The notes: generated by a model not told the origin, from the letters alone. A stretch of DNA of 62,192 nt, filler included, from an uncultured virus (IMG/VR IMGVR_UViG_2049941000_000870) (18 parts of one record of this genome joined end to end with filler, not necessarily neighbours in it); one strand, 5' to 3'; counted from the whole stretch's first letter, positions 25,319 to 33,606 are shown. Translations and numbers: made by a program.

Positions 25319-25646
25319 ATAAATGCAAGAGACGAATCTCATATTAAGTTTTCGTCTCTGTAACTGTCCCGACATCCTGGTCAGGCAGCTCAGTGGAGGC
25401 GGGGCTCGAACCCGCTCACCTGGCCGTGCGCTGGCACGCGCCGCACTCACGGTTTATCCGTCCCCACGAACTGGCTTTGGACTATGTACATCTTGCCTTC
25501 AAGAGGCCAGCCGCTCTCATACTCGCCGACAGACGTTTGCAACCGAACTGTCAGCTTTCCTGTTGGGACTTCCCAGATGCCACCCGAATCGTGACACCAT
25601 TGTCGTTTCTTTCAAAAACAAGGGGCGTGATTTGAANNNNNNNNNN

Positions 25647-26335
25647 GCTGATTCCTGCCACACTATGTTACCATAGCCAAACAAGTGGAACCGACTTGTG
25701 AAATGCCCCTCAATTCATGAGACACCTCCTTGGGAGTCGAACCCAAGAGCTAAATGTTTGTTGTGGTCTGGACTGTCTCTTTGCCATATTGAAATTCTTG
25801 CAAGGCAAAACTTACTTATATAACCCTTTCTTTATTTTTCCGTTCTTGTCCTACGGCTTAAGCTATTCACCATAGGGGAGCGCAGTACTATTTCAACTGA
25901 AATACTTAGATTAATTTCATAAGTTTTAAATTTCAACTTAGACACCACCCGTTCAGTCTCTACACGATTATGAGTGTTATCCATACCAAACTTCTCTTTC
26001 AAAGATGTAGAGGAAGTAACTACTCAATTTCGCTCGGCATAGTCCTACACATTATTGGTTAGTGTTTCACTTGATGTGCCAGGGTGATATTTACCCACCT
26101 CCCATGGTTGGCGAAGGCGTCTGTGTGAATACAGATTAGCCCGCTTTCTAAACACACCAACTAAGGATTTCCACCGAATTTAGGCGGAGGATTGGGAACA
26201 GCACGGGAAATTAAGATACTCCGCGATTTGTATCACCCTGTTGCTTTTATTACCAATCCACCACTATGGGGTTTCCCGCCATAGCGCACAATTTTACTAT
26301 GAGTCAGCCGCTCTAACCATCTGAGCTAAGGGACC
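25647..26335 (-). tRNA. tRNA-Ile(CAT, lysidine-type) interrupted by a group I intron; 3' end lost in gap
   Basis: 5' exon 26335-26299 GGTCCCT...GCTGA-CT-CAT; 3' exon AA-TCAGC 25653-25647. Confidence 0.85.
25654..26298 (-). ncRNA. Group I intron (IC3-like), 645 nt, position 36/37
   Basis: P1 CAU/GUG with U.G; P 26161-26184, Q 26026-26045, R 25948-25969, S 25770-25782; terminal G. Confidence 0.9.
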
Positions 26336-26475
26336 TGACCAGGGTTTATATTACCGACAGCCCCTGCACTGCCCGCCGACACATACGGTTCGGTGTTGGG
26401 TGGTGGCAACCTCTCGGCTGCACCCAAGAATGGTACGTTCCAGGCTAATCGCTAGCATTTCACCTGGCTTTGTTT

Positions 26476-26530
26476 TGGCGGAGGGTGTAGGATTCGAACC
26501 TACGGGGGCTGTGACACCCCAACGGTTTTC
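26476..26530 (-). tRNA. 3' exon of tRNA-Ser (probably TGA)
   Basis: GAAA-ACCGT, long variable arm, T-arm, G73-CCA. Confidence 0.8.
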
Positions 26531-26691
26531 CTTGCCACACTATGTTACCATAGCCAAACAAAAGCAGAGGGATTTAACTTATACTGCTCAACTTCCTTTT
26601 AATTTAATTTTCTTTGTTTGTTGTGGTCTGGACTGTCTCTTTACCATATTGAAATTCTTGCAAGATATAGTTTTCACCGAACGGATTCCTT
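26531..26691 (-). ncRNA. Group I intron 3' part (P8', S, P9, omegaG)
   Basis: Near-identical S and P9 blocks to intron 25654-26298. Confidence 0.85.
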
Positions 26692-26703
26692 NNNNNNNNN
26701 NTG

Positions 26704-26777
26704 TGGACCCGCTGGGATTCGAACCCAGGCTAAGGGCTTGCAAAGCCCCCGTGCTAACCAACTATCACTACGGGCCC
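26704..26777 (-). tRNA. tRNA-Ala(TGC)
   Basis: G3.U70, A73, loop TT-TGC-AA. Confidence 0.92.
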
Positions 26778-27197
26778 GTGTGCCAGCTCTTCCATCGGAC
26801 GACTGTGCTGGCGACCCAATCCGCCGATTTCCGTACATTTCCAAGTATTTCGGCAACTTCCAGCCGCTCGCACGGACTGGTTATAGGTCAGTGANNNNNN
26901 NNNNNNNNNNNNNNNNNNNNNNNNNNNNNNNNNNNNNNTTAATTAATTAANNNNNNNNNNNNNNNNNNNNNNNNNNNNNNNNNNNNNNNNNNNNGGCATC
27001 CTCTATGATGGAACGCAAAGAGCTTTCATCAAGCGAGATTATCATATTTTAAGGTTTTATTGATTATTCTTTTTTGTTATATATCTGCCTCTTGGGGTTA
27101 TATACTTTCTTATTTCTTCGTAAANNNNNNNNNNNNNNNNNNNNNNNNNNNNNNNNNNNNNNNNNNNNNNNNNNNNNNNNNNNNNNNNNNNNNNNNN

Positions 27198-27474
27198 TTA
27201 GAAACTTTACATTTGTGTTGTTATTTTTATTCTTTCCACAGAAATTGTCTGTTTGAGTATGGCAATTCGGGCATAAAATTTGTAAATTTTCAATTCTGTT
27301 GTCGTTATGGTTTCCGTTAATATGATGTAATTGCAACTTAAGCGGGTTGCCATTCCACTCACTAATGCCGCATACTTCACATTTATATTCCTTTAATTTA
27401 CTATAAAGTAAACGTTTAATTGTGTTATGGTTGGCTCTATGTGTTTCATTTGCAAAATACTCTTCGTCAGACAA
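27198..27474 (-). CDS. HNH endonuclease, partial
   Basis: CEVCG...LQLHHINGNHNDNRIENLQILCPNCH. Confidence 0.85.
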
Positions 27475-28396
27475 TGCTGTGTATTGGTTACGGTTTGTAG
27501 CCTCCCAGGGANNNNNNNNNNGTCGTCAAGGTTCCACAACTCCAAATCGGAATAGCCTCTCCTTTTTTTCTGGAACCACCACCTTAGGCTGTTCATGATG
27601 TTCTCGACTTTGTATTTGATTCTCATTTCATTTAATTTTTTTCCAATATTTGTAATGNNNNNNNNNNNNNNNNNNNNNNNNNNNNNNNNNNNNNNNNNNN
27701 NNNNNNNNNNNNNNNNNNNNNNNNNNNNNNNNNNNNNNNNNNNNNNNNNNNNNNNNNNNNNNNNNNNNNNNNNNNNNNNNNNNNNNNNNNNNNNNATATA
27801 AACCAGAAATGGCTGTAATCTTCATCGAAAACCGCTTTTATGAAATCCGTGTTGATTCTTTTCGACAGGTATTCTTCAACCCATTCGCTTGGATATGTCC
27901 TTATGAGTCCTTCGTCCAATTCGTTGTTGTCGGCCATCCGCTCAAACATAGGTTTGAAACACCTTATCGGNNNNNNNNNNNNNNNNNNNNNNNNNNNNNN
28001 NNNNNNNNNNNNNNTTAATTAATTAANNNNNNNNNNNNNNNNNNNNNNNNNNNNNNNNNNNNNNNNNNNNTGTTGCTGGTACTTGGATTGTTCCAAAATG
28101 GGCTGTTGACAGATTATATTTTTCAATTATTTTGCGTATTTTTTTATAATATCCTTCAACACCTCTTAAACCAAGCATTGTACATACTTGNNNNNNNNNN
28201 CACGACGGTGTCCGCGTTCCTGCATACGCCTCTGTAGGTCTTGCCGACGACCAGTTCGCTCTTCGGTATCGGGATATAATTGCCCGAGTTCAGGCTGTGC
28301 TCCGACTCGTAAATCCTTTTGTTCCAATCCAGTTCTTCCTGTTCCATGACAAATTGTGTTCAATGTTGTTGTTAATATACAAAAAAATGTATCCTG

Positions 28397-29209
28397 TCAA
28401 AACCTAAGTCCATGCTTTGACATCTTATCCTTCTGGACCTTTGACACGACTCTCGCTATTTTCTTGGCAAACGCCCTGATTTTCTTCCCGACCATGTTAC
28501 TTGTATATCCGAACTTGCGTATGGCTTCATTGAATTCACATGTGTCTCCGATTTCACTGTACACGGACACCATTTCGTCATAAAGCCTTGCACATTCGGT
28601 GTCTTTCATGACATCAAGCCTGAAAGGGCCTGGAATTGACATCAGATATGCATACATACCGTTCACAAAACCGTCCTGTTCGCTCCTGACACACCCGTAC
28701 AGCAGTCTTCCGACTTTCTGTTCGAACCTGTCACCGAAACGCATCATGGTCACAATTTCCGCATATGCCGACGAATCGTTGAACCTTTCTCCAGACATCA
28801 CCTGCTGGTATATATGCTCCAACTCGTGCTGTATCCCGTCCCTTGTCTGGCTGACCTGAAGCCTGCCTTTGACGGACACCGCGTTGATGAACATGAAGGC
28901 CGACCCGCTGTCGGTCATCACGCTTGACGCATCCTGGCTGGTTCCGAATGTTTCGGCAATGTCCGCATCTTCCGCGTCATAGTCCGTGCATGAATACGAC
29001 ACATACACATTGGTATCCATGAACCTGAAAGTGAACGCGCCTTCCTGTACGGACCACCAGTTGCCCTTCCTTTTGTTTTGAGTATTTGAAGAAATGTCGT
29101 TCACAAGCATGTTATAGACCTCTTCGGCTTTGTCGGCAATATCCCTGGATATGCCGAGCTCTTCCGTTATTAGTTTTCTCAAGGCTGATTCGTTAAGCTC
29201 AAACTTCAT
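28397..29209 (-). CDS. Hypothetical protein with HExxH motif
   Basis: MKFELNE...IQHELEH...SEQDG. Confidence 0.6.
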   Translation of the reverse strand: MKFELNESALRKLITEELGISRDIADKAEEVYNMLVNDISSNTQNKRKGNWWSVQEGAFTFRFMDTNVYVSYSCTDYDAEDADIAETFGTSQDASSVMTDSGSAFMFINAVSVKGRLQVSQTRDGIQHELEHIYQQVMSGERFNDSSAYAEIVTMMRFGDRFEQKVGRLLYGCVRSEQDGFVNGMYAYLMSIPGPFRLDVMKDTECARLYDEMVSVYSEIGDTCEFNEAIRKFGYTSNMVGKKIRAFAKKIARVVSKVQKDKMSKHGLRF

Positions 29210-29338
29210 GTTGTCGAAAAACAGTTTGTTATTTTNNNNNNNNNNGATATCAAACATTATGTGCCATATGACGCATATCCGTGCTTTGGTTCGTTTGTAG
29301 CCTCCCAGGGACTCGAACCTGTTACCAACCCTTTCACG

Positions 29339-29413
29339 TGCGTCTGGCTGGACTTGAACCAGCGGCCCCCACATTATCAGTGTGGTGCTCTGACCAAACT
29401 GAGCTACAGACGC
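29339..29413 (-). tRNA. tRNA-Ile(GAT)
   Basis: Loop CT-GAT-AA, cloverleaf. Confidence 0.93.
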
Positions 29414-29423
29414 ATATATTGCA

Positions 29424-29934
29424 TCAAACTTTACTTACATTGAAATCCTTTATGAAAACTATGTTTTTAGGGGGTATGTTTTCATATGTGAAAAACGCGT
29501 CGCTTCCTGGCATATTCATGTCCGTGTAAAATTTCACATCTTCCAGTCCGTCTGATTTTATGCCGAACAGTGAATAAAAACCATCATTCAGTTTGTTCGT
29601 GTTTTTGTCATAAAGCTCACAGGCGAGCTCACATACGTCTTTCTTGCCAGAAGACGTTGCCCGCACCAAGTACACCCTGTCTGGGTATTTCAGGAAGTTG
29701 TTCTTTGTTTTGGGTACCAAACCGTATTTCAATATCTTTTCCTTAAAATGAATAGGGGCCACGTGATAGAACATTATGTCGCTGAACCCGAGCGAAAGCT
29801 CGCTGCCTTTGAAATATTCGTCGAACTTCGGTTCGAACTGAAGGTAAACACCTTCCTTCACGTTGTCCTCTACGGCACAATAGTACCCGAAACTGTCCAT
29901 CTTCTTAATCAGAGAGTCAATGGACTTTGAACCT
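29424..29934 (-). CDS. ADP-ribosyltransferase-fold (Tpt1/DarT-like) protein, partial
   Basis: FYHVAP....KILKYGLVPK...YPDRVYL; paralog of 35263-35716. Confidence 0.55.
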
Positions 29935-30347
29935 NNNNNNNNNNTTCTTGTATTCCTTCCGCCTGAAGGCCATTTCGTACAAGGACGACCTGTGCCTGGA
30001 AACAGCGGACTCGGCGACGGCCGAAATATCGCTTCGGCCAGACACATACTNNNNNNNNNNNNNNNNNNNNNNNNNNNNNNNNNNNNNNNNNNNNNNNNNN
30101 NNNNNNNNNNNNNNNNNNNNNNNNNNNNNNNNNNNNNNNNNNNNNNNNNNNNNNNNNNNNNNNNNNNNNNNNNNNNNNNNNNNNNNNNNNNNNNNNNNNN
30201 NNNNNNNNNNNNNNNNNNNNNNNNNNNNNNNNNNNNNNNNNNNNNNNNNNNNNNNNNNNNNNNNNNNNNNNNNNNNNNNNNNNNNNNNNNNNNNNNNNNN
30301 NNNNNNNNNNNNNNNNNNNNNNNNNNTCCAAAATTCAAAAACATTTG

Positions 30348-30420
30348 TCGAGTACCCGTGTGCCGCCCACGGTATCTCTTGCTCCCAAAGCAAGCGGATT
30401 AGCTGTCTTCCTCGTACTCG
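30348..30420 (-). tRNA. Non-canonical tRNA-Pro(TGG)
   Basis: Perfect stems, loop TT-TGG-GA, C1-G72/A73; atypical D and T loops. Confidence 0.8.
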
Positions 30421-30539
30421 AACTGGCACACATACATTCCACTATCGCGCTTTTGCCCTCAAACGGCAACCTGCGCTAACTTCCCCCGCTTGCCTTTCGG
30501 TATCGGCGGGTGTTTCCTTCTGTGTGTCGATAAGTTACG

Positions 30540-30612
30540 TGGACCTGACGGTATTCGAAACCGTGACCTCGACATTGCGGATGTCGCGCTCTGCCAGCTG
30601 AGCTACAGGCCC
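30540..30612 (-). tRNA. tRNA-Ala(CGC) with C33
   Basis: G3.U70, loop TC-CGC-AA. Confidence 0.85.
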
Positions 30613-30671
30613 GCATCTGGGCGGAGGCGCGCTTTGGCTCCCCGCCCTTATTTTTCAAAACACTTTCTCTC

Positions 30672-30690
30672 CAGTATGTCAAAGAACATC
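30672..30690 (-). promoter_or_regulatory. boxA-like antitermination element (also 32393-32410 and 25608-25621)
   Basis: TGTTCTTTGACATACTG and TGTTCTTTGAAAGATTG just after tRNA 3' ends. Confidence 0.6.
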
Positions 30691-30696
30691 GTTTTG

Positions 30697-30770
30697 CGGG
30701 CCATGCGGGACTCGAACCCGCGGTCTCCACCGTGACAGGGTGGCATCCACTCCAACTGGACTGATGGCCC
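30697..30770 (-). tRNA. tRNA-Asp(GTC)
   Basis: Loop CT-GTC-AC, G73. Confidence 0.92.
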
Positions 30771-30897
30771 GTTTTCTTTTGTAGCGGGAGGGGGGCCNNN
30801 NNNNNNNNNNNNNNNNNNNNNNNNNNNNNNNNNNNNNNNNNTTAATTAATTAANNNNNNNNNNNNNNNNNNNNNNNNNNNNNNNNNNNNNNNNNNNN

Positions 30898-30923
30898 TGC
30901 TCTACCAACTGAGCTACCGTCCC
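30898..30923 (-). tRNA. tRNA 5' fragment (identity in gap)
   Basis: GGGACGG-TA-GCTCAGTTGGTAGAGCA. Confidence 0.7.
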
Positions 30924-31763
30924 GTGTTTTTGATTATTTCAGTTCCTGTTTCGCCAGGAGTCTCTTCAGCAGCTCGTTCTGCTCCCTTAGGAGCCTGATT
31001 TCCTCGCTGTCGCCAGGCTTCTGTTCAGGCAGCGGTTTGTGTACAATCTCCACCCTTCCGCCGTCGACCACGCGCATCTGGTCGCTCCTGTCCATAATCT
31101 CCGCCGCGTGCGCCGCGCGCCCGCCAGCCATGAAGGTCCGTGTAAAATTTCACATCNNNNNNNNNNACCTATACCCAAATGTTATTGTTTAGATTGTTTC
31201 AACATAATTGTCCAACGCTTCTATCACACCGTTCGCGACAAGCGGTATCAGGGTGTTGAACGAGTCTATGCAATCGCTTATGACCTGCAGAGANNNNNNN
31301 NNNCCGCCTTCCATCTCTGGAATATGACTTCGGACTCGCGCCTGATGTGCTCGTTCATTTCGTCATTGTTGTCCATAATCTTTGTGTTTTAATGTCTTTT
31401 TGTTTGGGTAGTCGGACTCGGACCGACAGGACTGTCGGAACGCGGGACCATTGCGGGCTGCACCCCGCTGGACCGCTGTAACCGACAGCCCCCNNNNNNN
31501 NNNTCCAAAGGCGTGTTCGGACCCTTGATGTTGTACCTTGCAACCGTGAGGAGATAACCCTTCAGTTCGTCCTTCCAGTGCTCTTTCAACCCGTTCGGAC
31601 CGCCGCATATCGTGCAGTGCCGCACAAGGCACCAGTTCTCGATGATTTGCTGGGACAGGTTGTNNNNNNNNNNNNNNNNNNNNNNNNNNNNNNNNNNNNN
31701 NNNNNNNTTAATTAATTAANNNNNNNNNNNNNNNNNNNNNNNNNNNNNNNNNNNNNNNNNNNN

Positions 31764-31887
31764 TCGCGTTTGACAGCGCCCTGCACGGGCCGCACCACTC
31801 CGCGCCGAACTTGACGCAGTTCACCGTGTCTGAAGAGGACACGAACTCGTTGAATTCCGTTTCTGTGGAAAGTTTCCTGATTTCCAT
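31764..31887 (-). CDS. Thioredoxin, partial
   Basis: FGAEWCGPC. Confidence 0.85.
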
Positions 31888-31921
31888 TTGCACTTGTTTT
31901 TTTTTGTTGTTGATAAACAGT

Positions 31922-32119
31922 CTACTCAAAAAGCGCCCTGTATGGCTTGATTTTCTCCGTCGCCGACTCCATGAGCAGCCTGACCGCGTAGGAAGTCGTG
32001 CCCAGCATCTCGGCAATCTCCCTGTTCGACAGCTCGTCAGTCCCCCCGAAGCCGTATTTCATGGCCAGCACGGCGGCCTCGTCGTCCGTCAGCTCCTCGG
32101 ATATCACCCTGTGCAGCGC
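31922..32119 (-). CDS. Sigma70 region 4 fragment (C-terminus of 33906-34628)
   Basis: LTDDEAAVLAMKYG...SNREIAEMLG. Confidence 0.7.
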   Translation of the reverse strand, partial: ALHRVISEELTDDEAAVLAMKYGFGGTDELSNREIAEMLGTTSYAVRLLMESATEKIKPYRALFE

Positions 32120-32129
32120 NNNNNNNNNN

Positions 32130-32387
32130 CGTCCTTATTTAATACAGACGCTATCTGCTTTATTTGGGGATTTCATTTAGGTCTTAAAAACTTATTTTCG
32201 CTCGGTGTAGTCCTTATGCATTATTGTTTAGCATTATCTAGGAAAATAAGTAATTGGGCGGCTATGTTCTTCTCTCCTTTTAAAGAGCCGTTCTTTTCTT
32301 TCCCAATTACTAAGGATTTCCACCGAATTTAGGGGATTCTGCACAGGGATTTCTCGCCCGTGCATTTTCATGTGCCAGTCACTTCCC
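32130..32387 (-). ncRNA. Group I intron-like 5' half (P2, P3, P, Q) with non-tRNA 5' flank
   Basis: 24-nt identity with the P block of intron 1; Q at 32195-32213; P2 with bulged C and GAAA loop. Confidence 0.8.
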
Positions 32388-32421
32388 GTTTTTCAATCTT
32401 TCAAAGAACATTTTTTTTTCA

Positions 32422-32493
32422 GTGTGACGATGGGACTCGAACCCATATCCCCGCACAATGTGCAGTGTGCTTAACCATTTACACTACGCCACT
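32422..32493 (-). tRNA. tRNA-like gene with 5-nt anticodon loop (possible pseudo-tRNA)
   Basis: Normal D and T arms; CTGCA-CATTG-TGCGG; A1.A72 mismatch. Confidence 0.65.
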
Positions 32494-32578
32494 GAAGCCC
32501 TCTGGTGTGCAACCCAGACATCTGGCCGCGGCTTGCACGCCTCGGCGGACGGTTCGGGCTTTTGAGATAAACCTACAC

Positions 32579-32888
32579 TATTTTATTATTGATAGTTTTT
32601 TTTTCTTATTTAATCTACCATAGTTTTCTGTCATTGCATGGTGATTCGGACATAATACTTGTAAATTATTAATATCATTATTAAAACAATCACCGTCAAT
32701 ATGGTGAATCTGCAATATGTCGTAGTGTGTATATGGGTTGGTTTCGTTGAACCCACAAATATCACACTTATGGTCATGTAAATCTAGTAGATACTTTCTG
32801 ACATATCCACTAATCTGGCCAAATTTATCACACCCACAAATTTCACCTTTCAGCCATTTTTGAACATTTGTTTTATATTCAAAGTCTT
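32579..32888 (-). CDS. HNH endonuclease, 5'-truncated (absent from ORF track)
   Basis: Manual translation: KCDICG...LQIHHIDGDCFNNDINNLQVLCPNHH. Confidence 0.8.
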
Positions 32889-32919
32889 NNNNNNNNNNGA
32901 GGGGATACGCCCCAGTTTT

Positions 32920-33114
32920 GTGAAGAACCGAGGATTCGAACCTCGGAGTGTCGTGTGTTCCGCAACAACAGCCTTCAGCACAAGAAAACTTTTAAAGAGG
33001 CAGCTGTTCTGTTTTTCATATGAACCGACGGACCAATTTCAGCTTAAAATCCGTTGACTATGCTTTTCTTGTTTCAGTCGGAACAATGCGACACACCATA
33101 CTTTCTTTTCTTCA
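32920..33114 (-). ncRNA. tRNA-like RNA (acceptor stem plus T-arm) enclosing the pseudoknot motif, copy 2
   Basis: TGAAGAA/TTCTTCA, CCGAGG-TTCGAAT-CCTCGG, GTGTCG/CGACAC, TGTTCCG/CGGAACA. Confidence 0.7.
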
Positions 33115-33119
33115 ACCAG

Positions 33120-33192
33120 AGCGGGAGAGGGGATTCGAACCCCCGACCTTCTGCATGGCAAGCAGACGCTCTGCCAACTGAGCTACTCCCGC
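33120..33192 (-). tRNA. tRNA-Gly(GCC)
   Basis: Loop TT-GCC-AT, T73. Confidence 0.95.
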
Positions 33193-33196
33193 GACT

Positions 33197-33506
33197 GAAA
33201 GCGACCGACCGCACGACAAAGCCACACTATGTTACCATAGCCAACTTATCCTCTGTAACTGCTATTTAGTTTGTATTACTCGACCCTTTCTTTTCTTTCA
33301 TACAACATCAAGTTACATATTTCCGAGTAAATTGTTGTGGTCTGGACTGTCTCTTTGCCATATTGGAACTCTTGCAAGATGGTTTNNNNNNNNNNTTCAT
33401 ACCTACAACTTCCTACACCCGAGTAGTCCTCTGAATCTTGATGGTAATATATTCTCAAACCAATTCCGACTTAGGCATCTCCCGTTCAGTCTCTACACGA
33501 TTATAA
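33197..33506 (-). ncRNA. Group I intron-like 3' half (R, P8, S, P9) with non-tRNA 3' flank
   Basis: R 33481-33503, S 33344-33356, P9 33221-33244; candidate omegaG at 33217. Confidence 0.8.
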
Positions 33507-33606
33507 NNNNNNNNNNNNNNNNNNNNNNNNNNNNNNNNNNNNNNNNNNNNTTAATTAATTAANNNNNNNNNNNNNNNNNNNNNNNNNNNNNNNNNNNNNN
33601 NNNNNN

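Noticed and set aside
32370..32387. GGGAAGTGACTGG as a second tmRNA 5' end
   Set aside because: It lacks the following GAC and G3 register, and is better explained by pairing with 33197-33214.
32899..32914. TGGGGCGTATCCCCTC and 25621-25636 as ends of one tRNA-like gene
   Set aside because: The fragments are too short and gap-bounded to support a call.
24135..33192. Theta (HDV-like) ribozymes at tRNA 3' ends
   Set aside because: No nested double-pseudoknot pattern recognised directly after any tRNA by eye; a motif search would be needed to exclude them.
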